Assembly (NCBI GenBank): GCA_048013815.1
Contig: CM106585.1
Coordinates: forward strand, 21,142,001-21,206,000
Reading direction: 5' to 3'
Length of the DNA: 64,000 nucleotides
DNA from: Setoptus koraiensis
Lineage: Eukaryota; Animalia; Arthropoda
Shown here: positions 1-13,900 of the stretch, piece after piece
Layout of the letters: every line of letters begins with the position of its first letter
How positions within the stretch are numbered: the first letter of the stretch is position 1
Notes under the pieces: generated by a model
Told to the model about the DNA's origin: nothing
What the model saw: only the letters and a program-made list of their open reading frames with translations
Databases searched by the model: none
Position numbers and translations under genes: made by a program

Positions 1-586
1 GCAACAATCTAGGCAGTTTGTGTTTACATTTGCAACACTCAAATTACAACACTTGTCAGGTGTATAATGGCAGAGCGGTCGATTATCAGCGGCCTCTCAC
101 ACAGCAGAGATAAGCTGAGATGAGAATAGAAAGTTGAGCCTGATACAATGGGAGTAACGTCCGATCTAGGGATAAATTCGCCTGTGTCCATCATTGGACG
201 AAAGGGGATAATTTTGCAAATATTATCGGCTTGCGAATACGAGACAGGTGAGGTTGGCCGATGTTGTCGATACTTGCGATTGACACGAAACGAGCCGGCC
301 GCTGGTCAGTCGGAGCTATGGAGGGCCATATACAGAGGCTCGCTGGTGCGATTGTTATCGCGTTCGTCAGATGACATAAATCGCAAAGTCAGCACAATGG
401 CATGTTATCAGCCAGATTGTACAAGTACAATTGAGATACTGCCAACCAGATAGCCAATTTGACGACGACTACTTGACATTGATAAAGGCCATCTCGGCTC
501 ACACAAATTGCCACTTCTCAGTTGTTATATGTTGTTGTTGTTGTTATTGTTATATTTGTTAGTATAATTTTATTCAACAAGTGGTG

Positions 587-3500
587 TCAATGCGCCACTC
601 CAAAGCACAATATCTTGAAACGGCGATATCGTTGCTCTATTTGTTCTTTGCATCTTTCTCGTATGACTATGCTAGCTCCAACGGTCAAACCAATGACAAA
701 TGTCACCATTGTAATGGCGAGCATTGTACCGATAGACAGCTTAGTTGTTTGCCTCAACAAATTAGCATTTTCTTCCGCCAGACCATTGTTGTCGGCATCA
801 ATTAGAACTTGCTCATTCGATTGTTTGCCACCAGATTGTGAGTCGATAAACATGGCGTTAGTGGTAATATCTTTTTTCATTGTATAAATATAACAATTTG
901 TCTCAAATATCAAACTGGATTTAGTTAGTTTTGTCCGCGCTCCGGTCATCGCAACAAAGCAGCTCTGGTGAGGACTGGCCTGAGCCTTGTAACAAAACTG
1001 AAACATGTTGCAGTTTTTGTTATTTTCCACACAACGCGATGCACATTCGTCGACATTTATACCCGTTATGGGCACCAACAATTGCTGCTGCCGCTCCTCT
1101 GTCAAGCTCATGTGATCTAATCGGTTGAAATCGGCCAAATACGACCGTTGGTAACGTCTGCAGGCCAGCCGCGTCGGTGGAAAAAATCTTATCCATGATC
1201 GCTGTTGCCTAGTGACCATATCCGACGAAACTGCCAATTGCGAGTCATTGGTCAGCTTTCTTGTGGCCTGCAAGAAGCAGATATTATTGTTGACTTGGTC
1301 ACTTCGGCCCGACTGTTTCGTTGCCGACTGTTTTCCATCGGCGCCCTGAGTCGACGGCGACATGTCTGGCTTTTGTGCGTTTGGATCGCAATAATCGAAG
1401 GACAAACAATTAAATTCCGACTCCATCACACACTGATGGGCGCAATCGTGTTCGTCGTGTGCCTCGGTCCTCTTGATTAATTTGCGCTCTCTCATATAGT
1501 CTGTGTACACTGGCTGCGCTGCGATCTGTTCAAGTTTTGAAAATTTAGCCAGAAAATCGCGCTGCACAATAACACATTGCGCCTCTTCCATTGAGCTAGC
1601 CAGAATGGACTTTCTGTCATACAGGCCACTTGTTACGCATTGTCTGTCAAAGTGACAGTAAGAAAAGGAGCCACAATCTCGTCCCCGATCAATACACAAC
1701 ATGGCGCATGTGTCATACGTCTGGCCACTGATCACAACGAGCTCGCCATCATCGGAGCCCAGCACAGATTGTGGCTCCTTTTCTGGGTTGCCGTCGACAC
1801 TAGTCGGCCCATTTTGGCCCCCATTCCAGTTTGTCTTGGGCAGTATTTTGAAGCGTCTCCGTCCGACAGAATCGTGAAAAGTTGCGCCGATATTATCGGC
1901 CTGATTATCATCTGCGTTTAGCATCTCTTCAAGAGTGTCTCGTTCTATCTCGAAACTACTGGGCACCAATACAATAAGCGCGTGTGCCCAAAAGTTTGGC
2001 ACCGAAAATGACAGATCGGGCACATCGGATCCTCTGTTTTTCGGAACGCTTACGCTTGACGAGTCGTCACTTGGGGAATTTTCTTCTGATTCGTGATACA
2101 GGAAGTATTCGTCGTGGCTCAATTGAGCCAATATGTCGTTCAGTGGTCGCATTCTGAGCTTGTTCGAGTGTCGCGAATTCAAATTATAGCTATAGTCCAT
2201 AAATTGTATGTATAGGCTGCAAGCGCGATCTCTGCTGATGCGATTAACAACGCTGTCCTTTATGGAATTGGCAATTCCTGCGTTCTCATCAAATTTCACT
2301 GCCTCGCTGTATGATTCACTTCTGGGAGTAACTTTGCATTCGTAGTTGCTGCAATAAGAAAACATGTGACAGTTGTACATTTTGCAAATATCTGAACACA
2401 GCTTTACATTGGCGGCCACGTGCAGCTCCTCGTCGTTGTCCGCAAACGACAGTCCTTTTATCATGTCGAATTCAACTGATTTTTTTTTCACCGGTTGACA
2501 GGCAGATTTTTCATGGGAAGATTTTAGGGAATCATTAAAAAATATCATCTTTGGTTTGAATATTGCGTGAAAAATTTCCAAATCGCCTCACTTTCTAACC
2601 GAATCGACCTCTATAACTCACCTAACGGATCTGGCAGAGTGTCCAACAGCAGAGCTCTTATCACAACATGAAAATCTTGATAGGTCTGCTCTACTTTGGG
2701 CATCCGCAAAAAGTTCAATTGCAACTTTCGTCTATTGGAGTGCTGCTGATAGAAATACTCAGTCAAATCGGGAACATTGTGTCTATCTAGTGGGTAACGA
2801 ACGCTTATCCATTTGCGCTGATTGGCCTCATTGAAGCAACTGCTCAAATCAAACAATCTTGCTCGCTCGGAAAAACTCAAATCGATCTTGTACGATGTCA
2901 TCATAAACAAATAAACGTGCTCTATTCTGGTTCTGGCCTCATCATATACCATCAATTTGATCACCTCCAGCTCGGCCGGGTTTCGATTTACAATGCCCTG
3001 TCTGGCGTCTATCGAATCATATGCCTGCAATTGGCGATATTGAAATACGAAAATTCTTTGTCGTTGTCATCGCTTTTGCCGATACAATTTCGACCGAACA
3101 TGCTCGTTCTAAAACAATTTCTACTCACCCGAGAGTACGTTTTCGAAATAGTGAGCTGCTTGTAACCGGCAATAAGATCACTATCGTTTTCGTCGCGCTC
3201 ATAGTAGAGATATTCAGTAGTTTTGTCCTTGAGTGATTCAGGCGATTGCGTCGATCGGATGTTGGAACGGATGAAAATGGACAAGCGAAAATAAAGAGTT
3301 CACTTGCTGCAATCGCCTAATAAGCTTTGGGTTTATGAAGTGTTTGCTGTATGTACGGTGAGTCTATACTATACTTACCGGCGTAACCCATCGAGTATTC
3401 AAAATGAAATCAGCGGAGTTCTCAAACAATTTTTCAATGAACGCATCGTCGATGTCCAATGTGACACCGTTGTTCTTGAATGTCACTTTCATAGAGTCTT

Positions 3501-4776
3501 GCGATCGACCCCAAGTCAATCTTTGTTTGGCACATTCATTTGTGGCCATGTTGATGGTATATTTGATACCAGTTGTGTAGTCAGAAATTTGCTTCATTTC
3601 TGACGTTGTTTTATCGCTGAAGCCTCTAGTGTGCACCAATTTGACATCAACAGAAGTTTTATCGTCGTCAGTTGGATTCTTTGCGAGATCATCCAATGGG
3701 GCGAACGCCACCACGAGATCCAAAATATCTGTGCTCGTCTTAATTTCTCTGTGATCGCGGACACTGATTGCAGACACTTTTCAGCCAACGCCACACATAT
3801 TGTCAGTGTCGTTTGTTAAAATTTATAATTTATTCAATAACTTGTTGTCGACGCTGATTATGTTAGTGATAGGAAAAGTGTGCTCAAGTTGAGCAGCTCA
3901 ACTCACCCTCCATGTTGACCACATAAGATGGGGCCGAACGTATGTTGATTTTGTCCAGTGTGCCATCGTCTTCGTCATTGACGATGCTCGCAAAGCCTAA
4001 CTCTTTTAATATTTTCGAGCACCCGTACACAACGGGCAAACTGAATATTTTGTATTCATCCCTTGCAATGGCGAAGTCTATCTGAATGATATTAATGCCA
4101 ACCAACAATTTATCGCTATCAGCTTGTTTGAATTCGATTGAATTGAGGCGCAGCTCGTTGTCTTGGTGCTCGAAAGAGAATGTAATCCTGAAATCAGTGT
4201 AAAAGACGGACCATTGATGCGTGTTGAGGCCCGCTTTAGCGTACAGCCTGAATTTGGAATGAGCATTGAACCAAATGGCCGATACACCAACAAAAGGCAT
4301 CTTGTCTCTGCCCTCCGAGCCACTCGACTTGTCTGGTCCGTCTGGTGCATCGATTGACCAGACATTTTTGAAATTGTATTTTTCCAAAAGATCGTCTTTT
4401 TTCAATAGTTTACAATTGTAAGGTTTGAAATCAAATATGGCCGAATTGGGTGCATCAATCAAGATGGTGCTGTTGCCATCGAGTGTTGTCTTGATGACAC
4501 GCTCGGACAAGGTCGCTAGGTTGAGGTGCTCATCGAGAATGTACTTGGGCTAGACGCAAACAATGGTCGGGCAAAGAATAGTTTGATTAAATGGTTGCCT
4601 ATTCGAATGGTCTCTTAATTGAATGATTGTTAATTTGAATGGCTGTTTAAAACGGTGACAGCACCACCATGAAACTTACTTCGCCTTCTCTCGTCACCTC
4701 AGACACAATGTGCGCCCTTTGGGTGAAACGCGCGAGACCCGCAAGTGTTGGAAATGGGGGAACAGCATGAATTAGT
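587..4776 (-). CDS. PAN/Apple-domain type I membrane protein, multi-exon, 5' exon(s) not located
   Basis: Phase-consistent GT-AG exons 4776-4680, 4549-3907, 3776-3379, 3227-3129, 3024-2622 and 2475-587. The last exon encodes four Cys-patterned PAN modules (e.g. CAHQCVMESEFNCLSFDYC, CASRCVENNKNCNMFQFC), then a TM helix (LAITMVTFVIGLTVGASIVI) and a short tail. The signal-peptide exon was not identified. Confidence 0.8.
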
Positions 4777-5123
4777 CTAAAGTAGCAGATTATGCTCAAA
4801 GCAACCAGCCCGAACGAATTGTACATTGTCTATTTGGGATAATATTAACACTAATGGTAAATTTAATTGACAGCAACAACAAACTGTGTGCCGATACATT
4901 GTATATTGTGACATTTTGAGTGCACTGCGAATCGCAGCAACAATTCAAAGCACGAGGTTCCTGTCGCCTCAAGCAAAGATCAATCTATCGGATAGCGAGA
5001 TAACAATCATTGAATTACATACATTTGGATACAGATGTAATGCGACCAGATGAAGAGATCAATGACACAAATGTGTGCAAATCTGACATGATAATCACTT
5101 GGTGATAATAATAATAATGATAA

Positions 5124-5160
5124 TCTCTCTCTCTCTCTCTCTCTCGAATCGAATCGAATT
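5124..5160. repeat. (TC)11 microsatellite followed by (GAATC)n
   Basis: Read directly from the sequence. Confidence 0.95.
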
Positions 5161-6514
5161 CAGAATGTGACTTGATGACGATTGCGATAGCGACGTTTTC
5201 ATTGCGATTCCATCAGGCCACAGGCAAGCTAATCGTGCCGATCATTTCACTGTACTAACTGTACTGTAGATTTACTAAATTTCTGAGCTTTCGCAGCGAA
5301 AACTGTCCAGCGGTATTGTCACGGGTGGCTGTGCAAAGATCGGCCGACTGTCTCGACGACAGTGCACGGGGCTAACCTCAGGTTTGTTTCTTCGGGCGTC
5401 AGAGTTCAGTTTTGCGTGCCAGCCGCCACGTTTCATTGACCAAATCGATGTGTTCAACGCCTTTTGAACCTCGACGCCAAAAGTCGCCATTAAGTGTATT
5501 TGTTTACATGGCTCTGTTTTCATGGGGCCCGCACAGGGGCCCGCTTTCGATCTAAGCGACCCAGTCAAGCCGGTTGCCAGGGTGACGACAACTGTGGTGC
5601 TGTCGCTGAATATGGATCTGTCTATTTCTGTTGTCTTGTTTTTCTTGCATTATTGACTGTGCACTATTGCCGATAATCGATGTTGCATGCTGTTGGCGTC
5701 GTTGTCATCGTTGTCTTTGTTGTCTTCATTGAATCTGTTTCACTATAACCGTATTTTGGAGAAGGCCACTATTATAGATAATGTATATTTATATATCATG
5801 AACATATATCGAGTTATTGTTGTCGTTGACGAATTATCGCCACAAAAAATTTCTAAAACATTTTTGTGTCGCTAATAGATTAGACCAAATCAGCAACAAA
5901 ATCGGACCTTCCGATAGGCAGGCCAACTAGCAAAAGTATGCCTACTCACGCAGTGGTGAAGGTCATAACGGTAAAATAAGAAAATCCAAGCGACACCGGA
6001 CAGCAGCAATATCACGACCAATTATTTATACTAACAATTTAAAAAAAAAACAGCAAAACTTGCAAAATCTATCCTAACAGCCAGTGCCTTAGTCACGGTT
6101 CTAGTGGTCATTGGTTTGGGGCCGCTTGTTTGCTTGAAAAACTTTTTTTTTTTGCACTATGAGCACTCCATTATGATTTTAAAAAACGATTGATTTTGCG
6201 ACAAATAGATAGCATGGCTGAGCGCTTAGATTCGGCATCTTATTATATTCTATAACCTATTAGGTAAGTATTTCGAATGACGCGACAGATAATTTCGGAT
6301 GGAGTTATACAATTTGATGAATCAAATTGGTTAAGAATACAGCTAATTGACACTCTCAACAAATCGTTCCGTCGTTCATTTTACAGGCGCGAATTCAATT
6401 ATTTCGCCTCATCAATTAGATTAGTTTTCGAGCAGACGTGAGCCAGTAACAACCTACATAATTATAACACTGCGAAAAAGAAGCAACGGATAATTACCAT
6501 TAGGTAGAGTAGCA

Positions 6515-9500
6515 ATGGCAGAGCAACAAAACTCGTCGGAGCGAACATCGCAAAGCAGTCCGCTTGACCATCCCGGCAATCAGCAGACCACTAATTCCAA
6601 TGAGACGCCAGAAAAGATACGCGTGGCCGTTCGTTTGAGGCCCTTCACTCAGCGCGAACGTCAGGCCAACGCAAGGCGCATAGTGGACATTGAGCAAAAT
6701 ACTGTTGTATTGCATCATCCGAATTCTATGAATCGTGTGAAAAAGTTCACATTTGATTACAGCTATTGGTCTCACGATGGTTTCAAGCGGGACGCAAACG
6801 GTTTAAATGTGCCAGATTTGTCGCATGTAAACAGCCACAAGTATGTGGATCAAGACAAAGTATTCCAGGATTTGGGCCGGTTTCTGTTGGAAAATTGCGT
6901 CAAGGGTTACAATTCGGCCCTGTTGGCCTACGGCCAAACGGGCAGCGGTAAGTCGTACACCGTTTCCGGTTACGGCCAAAACGAGGGCATTTTGTCCCGG
7001 TTCGCCAGAGAGCTGTTCAATGAGCTCGAGAAGCAACGAGCCGCCGACCAATCAGTCAGCAAGCAAACAGACAAAGACAGCGCCAGCAAGTCGCCGACCA
7101 AGCCGAAATCGCAAGCGGGCGAATCGAGCAAACAGCAGCAGCAGCAGCAATACAAGTACGAAATTTATTTTAGCATGCTGGAAATCTACAACGAAGTTGT
7201 CAGGGACCTGTTGGCCAAAAGTCACGGTCACACGGTGCCGGCCACCATTCCTAGGAGGGGCCTCAAGGTTCGCGAGCACCCCAAGCACGGCTTCTTTGTC
7301 GAGGGCCTCACCGCAATTAGGTGCAACAACCGGCACGACATTGAGACTCGCATCGAGGAGGGCCAACTGAACAAATCCATCGCCAGCACGAGCATGAACG
7401 AAACGAGCTCGCGCGGTCACACAATATACAAATTCACGGTAAAACAATTGAATTGGGACAAAATATCCGGCCAAGACATCATCACCACCTCAATAGTGCA
7501 ATTGGTTGATTTAGCGGGCAACGAGCGCACCTCGTTGCCGCCCCTCATGAATCGCTCCATATCGCCCGCCAATGCCCGATCCAATTCGCCCGCCGGCTTC
7601 GCGCCTCAATTCTCCGGTGCCGGCCACAGCAAACATCCGGTTGGTTCATCGCCAGTTGGCGCCACCAGCATCGGTGCTGGTGGCGCCGCCAAACAGCAGC
7701 AACAACAACAACATTCCAGCGTTACTAAACAACATCAGCAATTGTCGCAGCGATTTCGTGAGTCTGTATCAATAAATCAATCATTGTCTGCTCTAGGCAA
7801 TTGCATACAAATACTCAGCCAAAACTCTCAATTGGCCTCGCAGCAATCACTGTCACAAAATATGCATTCAATGTCGTCGTCGACATCGTCCTCATCATCA
7901 GCAATGTCACACCCACAACAGTACCAGACATCGACCGGAAGTGGACAGCAATCGGACCAGCAAACAAGTCAAGTCACCGTATCGACAAAAAGACAAAAAG
8001 TGCCCTACAGAGATAGTGTGCTGACAAAATTACTAAATAACTGTTGTCTAAGCGGAAATAGCAAGACTGTGATAATAGCCACATTGAGTCCGGCCGATAT
8101 TAATTACGACGACACATTGTCGACGCTGCGTTTTGCCGACAGGGCCAAGCAAATAAAGACACATGCTCACATAAACGAGATACAAGACGAGGCACAAGTG
8201 TTGCATTCGTTGCGCAAAGAAAACCAACGCCTCAAGGAAATGGTGGACAGGAGGAGCCACCGAAGCGACGACTCTAGCCAGACTTCGAATTTCGACGAAA
8301 CAGAGAGCGTTATGGAGAATTTCACCGGCTCGAGAATAGGAAAAGTACACAATGGCCAGACGCCCACAACGACGGCCGCCACAGCCATAAGTAAGCATCA
8401 GCGATTGGCCCCAACGCACGCTCAGCCGCTCGCTAATGCCAATCCAGCGGGTGCCGGAAAACGGGCCAACGATGCAACGGGTTCAACGCCCAAAAAATCG
8501 CAACCCGGTGCGGCGGGCAGGTCAGCCGCAAACATGATGAAAGCGGCATCACAACAGGTGAGCAGTCCGCAGAAAACCAGAGCTCGCCAGCAGCAGCTGA
8601 AGAAGGCCGACAGTGCTGTTGTGGGCGCCTCGAAAAAGAGCCAGAATGAGCAACCGAAATCAGAAAATAACCAGAAGGACGCCAACGAAAACTCGGCGGA
8701 AACTAGGTCAACGTTGCAAGAAAAATCTATCGGTTCGCCGTCTAATTTGACATCGACGCATCATAGACGACTGTCGCGCGAGTCCGAAATCGAGTGTGAG
8801 ACGCCGGAACCGAGCGACGGTGTCAATTACAAAACGTCGTCGCCTAGGGATGCAACAAATAGGGATGCGAAAGTGAAGAAAACTCTACTTCCGGTTGCAA
8901 CAAGTGACACAGACGAAACGGGCGAGGCGAGCGCAGTGAACGATGCCGAGGTGCAGAGAATCCGCGACCAGATAGAGGGAGCAGAGGACGAAGAGGAGGA
9001 GGAGGAGGGGTACGAAAACGACGGCGACGACGACGAAGACAACGACGACGAAGAAACAGACATGGAAATGGATCTGGAGGTCAGCAACGATGAATTGTTT
9101 CGGGATGATGTCACGTCGCCCAGCGAAAATTCCATTGCGAACGGCGTTGCAGAGGATGAGGACCTGAGCGAAATGGAGCGCATCGATTTGGTTAATAAGA
9201 CAATCAGTAATACGGGCCAGACTGTCAGTGGTCACTCTGGCGACAGTAAGGATAAAACAGCCAACACCAACAAGGTGAATCGTCGACAACAGCAAGCCAG
9301 CAAACAACAACGATTAGCGACAAAGGGCGACAATTTCGACGGGGCCCCGAACGACAGCAACCAACTGATGGCCGTGCAAAATAGACACAGTCAGCCTAGC
9401 ATGCGAAGAGTGTCGTTGATAGCGTCAGAATTAAAACAGCACCATCCGCATTTGAGTAACTTGAATGCCGACGAGCAATTGTCCGGCAAGTTGAGCTATA

Positions 9501-12399
9501 TCATAAAGCCGGGCAGCACTAGTTTGGGCAAGAATGATTCTTGTGATATAGTTTTGCGCGGTTTGGATATTCGCGCCAATCACGCAACTGTTATATATGA
9601 TCAAACTGTGACAGCCATTTCGGCCAATCAACAGGGGCCCCCATTGAAGCGAATTTACATAGAGCCCGCGTTGGACTCAATAGAAGAGCAACAAGAGCAA
9701 CAGCAACCGGACAGCGACCGAGCACAGCAACCGGAAGTGCCCGCAAGCAGCATCTATAGCGTTGCTCCCATATTTGTCAATGGGGCACCTATTAAAACAA
9801 GAACCGAATTGCATCATTGTGATCGCATTCTCTTCGGAACGAACGTATACTTTGTGTTTGTTGACAATGGTCAACAAGAGCAAAAGCAGCAGCAACAAAA
9901 TGGCAGTCAAGATGGCGACACGCAAACAGCGGAGGAGCGCCTATGGCCAGATTCCATTACCTATGACATGGCTCGCGCTGAAGTGCTAAAAAACAAAATG
10001 CTCAATGATGAAATGATCAATGGTAATATATTGCGCGATTTGCTTATGCAATCGAGCGGTGCCAAGCGCGACAAGTTGCTCGCAAATGGGCGACTATCGT
10101 CGGCCAAAGCCACAAGTAATCATGGCAACAATAATGGCAACAATGGTAAGGGAAATTTTCATCAGAAAAAATCTCGTCGGCCAAAATCGGCAGCGGCAAC
10201 AGTGTCAGAATACGATCAACAAAACAATCAAGAACAAAACGAGGACACCGAAACTGTCACCAATGACAAAGAATATTACGGCGCAATTGGCGAGAGCGAT
10301 GCAGAGGCCCCAAATTACCACGACTACATGGACGAAGACGACAGAGACGCCGCCGACTATGAGGAATTCAGTGAACAGATTCGCTTGGACACGGCCGAAT
10401 TAGCTTGGCAGGTGGAAGAGGTGAACAAGATCGCTAAAGAAATGGACATCAAGTTGACATACGAATTGTGCGTTTTAACAGGAGCAGAACAATTGATAGC
10501 GCCCATAGAGATGGGCGAAAATTGGTTTGATCACCAGTCAAATTATACAGTGGCCATGATGCAATCGGCAATGTCTAAATTGAGCCATTCTTCGAGCCGT
10601 TCATCATCGAAATCGTCCTCTATTGTGGGCAATGAGGCCACACAAATAGGCGACCAAAACATGAGCCAAGTGACCAGTCGTGCAAGTAGCAGTTTCCGGA
10701 GTAACACCACTTTGGATAGCAATCACAACAACACGTGCAACGATGGAAATTATTATGCAATTAGACAATCGCCCAATGGGGCCAACAACATCAATGGCGA
10801 CGACGACGATCAAGATGTCGACAATCAAGAGGAGCGCCAGCATCAGCAATCGTCGGGCTCGGTGGCCAGCAAACAAACGATCACCGATTTAAACAGGGTG
10901 GACGCCTCGAGAATGCCCGCTGCCGTTTTTGTCAAGGTGAAAACAATCAGCTCAGAGCTTGCCATGGAATTTTATTGGTCCAAGGATAAATTCATTGATA
11001 GACGTTTCAAAATACAAGATCTGTATGGGGTGTACAGTTTCGACAACGGTGGCAGACAGGCAATTATTGCTTATTTGATTGAACAGTCAAATCATCAACC
11101 AATCATTGATCCGTTCTTTGATGATCCTCGTTGCACGTTTGTGCTCATAGGTCACGTACAATTGATATTGCAACCATTGAGCCATTTGGTGGATATTGAT
11201 CAAGAGTATGACATAATTGATGTTGATGATCACGTTGCGGGCACTATTAGCATAAGCGCCATTCCATGTTATGAGAGCGATGATAAATATTATCCGTTCA
11301 CCACCAAAGAATTGGAGGACAATATCTTAGATGATCCAAATGAGTTAATTGGACGCAAATTGGCCTTTATGCTCAAGATATTGTCATGTCATCAAATTGA
11401 TGAAAAATATACTAGTGTCTATTGTCAGTATATGTTACATCTGGACTCTAATGTTGCTAGAACGGATTTCGTTAGCGTACGAGAGCCAACAACAAACGAT
11501 CTCATATTTAATCATGTCCATTACATAACATTTGAGGAGATATCACAAGAGACACTGAACATACTGCGATATGGCACGATGACCATTCAAGTGGTGGGCA
11601 GATACGTGTACGACGAGGTAAATAGTAAGCCAATATCGACCGTTTTCTCCATAGTGAACAGCATAAATAAGCACAGAGCTAAACTCAGTCAGCAACATCA
11701 TCACAACCATCAACATCAACACAAGCAACAACAACAACACCAACATCAAGCCATGATTAATCATTCGGGAACGCTAACCGGAGTGGCCAGTAAATCGGGC
11801 GCCAGCTCGACAGCATCGACTAATATGGACGACGTTGATGAAGCGGTCAATGTACAGCCACACGAGATCATAATAGACGCAATACTTACAAAAAGAAAAC
11901 TCGATAGGGCAGAGAATCAACTGGTGAGTTTGGCAAAAAATCATGATAACAAAAATAATTGATACATCGCTGACCTCTATTGGCTTATTATTATTTTTTT
12001 CTGATCTCTTATTCCTCCAACTGAGCAGCATTACCTGAGAAGGACGGTCAACATAGCCGAGCATTACAACAAGAAACAAGTATGTCCAATTTGTGAACCC
12101 TGTGCCCTATAAGCTGCCTCACGGCACATAATTAATTAATTAATTCTAACTCGCTCATCACTTCCACTTCTTTCGCTTATACATAAATGTGAATTCCGAC
12201 TCACATTTTTATCTGCAGATTCCAGTCAAGACAGTGAGAAAACTGTTGTCGTCGTACAGCAATGATTTGGACAATAGTTTTGAGGACGTTGCCGAGGGTG
12301 AGTATTATGAGTAATAAATACGAGGGTTTATGCACAGATAATCGGACAGCATCGTGTAGACTGATTGCCAATCTATTGAATTCATCCATGTATACCTGA
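6515..12399 (+). CDS. Kinesin-3 family motor, KIF28/KLP-6-like (motor + FHA + C-terminal domain)
   Basis: P-loop GQTGSGKS, switch I NETSSRGH, switch II DLAGNER, VPYRDSVLT and TLSTLRFADRAK. FHA segment (LGKNDSCDIVLRGLDIRANHA...LHHCDRILFG). Exon 1 is 6515-11923 (CTG|GTGAGT), then 12029-12079 and 12219-12297. The final exon starts at 12338 or 12350 and stops at 12399; it is less certain than the others. Confidence 0.9.
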
Positions 12400-12809
12400 G
12401 CAACAGCGAACGACAGTAAGAAGAGTCAACATGTCTCGAAGACTTGCATTATCTCATAGATTTGCGCGGACATCCCTTGACACAGTCAGCGCATGTAATC
12501 CAACTTCAAAAATATGGAAATCATAACGATCTGTTTAAACAATCTGGGGACAAGCGAAATTACCATAATTCAATGTTTACCATCATAGTAATCACCAACA
12601 TATCAACAAGGTTACACCTTGCTCAAGTCCATCAGTTTCCGTCCGGAGCACACCGTCTATGTAAACAATGGACGGTCTTATACTACCATTAGTATATTGA
12701 TGCAAGCATTGTCTCGCAACTTATTCAAACTTCAAACAGCCAATTCTTTTAAAATGAAAATTTTGATTTGATTTGCCCGAAAAAAAAAGTTTATGGTAGA
12801 GTCAATTCA

Positions 12810-13420
12810 AAGTATCCTCTAATCAGCACTGTTGCTGGCTCAGCAATCAGTTAACATCCTGCACCTGCTATGATAGATCATTTAACACAGCTAGTCAATG
12901 GTAGACAACCAACAAGATAGAAAAGCACTATTTAATTGAAGCAACATAACAGTTGAATCATAGAGCACATTTGATTCCCCTTTCAATCTCGTTTACCGGT
13001 TGCATAATCAAATATGAAACAAAAAATCATAATATCCTCTTGTAAACAAGCAATACTATGGTAGTGATAGATATAACATCGAAAAAAGTCATGTATTGTT
13101 CCTCGAACTATCGACAGATTCTATTTTAATGGGCTGCCCCAGATGGAAAGATGGTTGATTTTATCACAAACAAACTGATCACAATCGTGCAGTGATGGTC
13201 TATACCATAAGTTATATTCATTATTCTTCTCATCGCACATTCATACATGTAAATAAATATTAAATAAATCTTTTTCACCCTGCTTATAAGTAGCATCAAA
13301 CTATAAGAAAGGACTGGCATACATCATATCATTCATTGACGGTATTCACAATAGAAGAGAGTCGATGAGATCATTTTTTTATTTTGTTGGCTTCACTTTT
13401 CCATTCAATTCCGTTCGCAT
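12810..13420 (-). pseudogene. Decayed MIF4G (eIF4G/DAP5-like) relic R10, weaker
   Basis: Collinear motifs LLISRVKKIY (13293-13264; cf. DAP5 LLISKLQDEF), AMRRIMNITYG (13236-13204; cf. ARRRSLGNIKFIG) and VQDVN*L (12864-12844; cf. LQDVLDL), broken by stops and frameshifts. By-eye comparison only. Confidence 0.4.
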
Positions 13421-13574
13421 GTATCAAAGTAAGACCTATCCTGAAACTTGGTAGGCAGTCTTGATGATGGAAAGAGAATATATTCATCGAGGGTATCCGC
13501 AGCGGAGAGTTTGTCAGACTACAAAAGTTTGTCGCTTGTTTAGACGTCACAGCCGTCCCAGACAGTCACATACG

Positions 13575-13710
13575 ATGGCATTGGATAAAATTTTGGAATA
13601 AAATCTATTCGAAACGAGGCGTCATTTGCCGGTGTCTGGAAACATTTCGGTTTTAACATAAATAGAACGCATGATTGTGGGCAACTGAATTTCAGCATAA
13701 AAATAGATCT
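13575..13710 (+). promoter_or_regulatory. Conserved upstream module of secreted-protein gene A
   Basis: ATGGCATTGGATAAAATTTTGGAATAAAATCTATTC and AATAGAACGCATGATTGTG...CAGCATAAAAATA recur, with substitutions, upstream of paralogs B (about 15476 and 15585) and C (about 17091 and 17170-17212). Confidence 0.55.
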
Positions 13711-13900
13711 AAGAAGCATCAAAGGTGCGAATGCTGTTTGAGACTACTTGTGTTGCGAGAAATTTCATTTTTGTATTCTATTCTTCTGAAAGAAGATTAC
13801 AGCAAGAATATCACCGATCATCATAATCAGAGATTGTACTGAAAAGTCTTAGTGCTCAAGAGTTACAGATATTTTGTTGCGATCTAAGATACAAGAAAAA

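Noticed and set aside
6500-12079. Antisense and alternate-frame ORFs over the kinesin (likewise over XPF, the P450s and netrin)
   Set aside because: These are shadow ORFs of real coding sequence with no independent motifs.
13367-13378. TGAGATCATTTT matching the 5' end of bantam miRNA
   Set aside because: The match stops after 12 nt in a T-run, and there is no hairpin.
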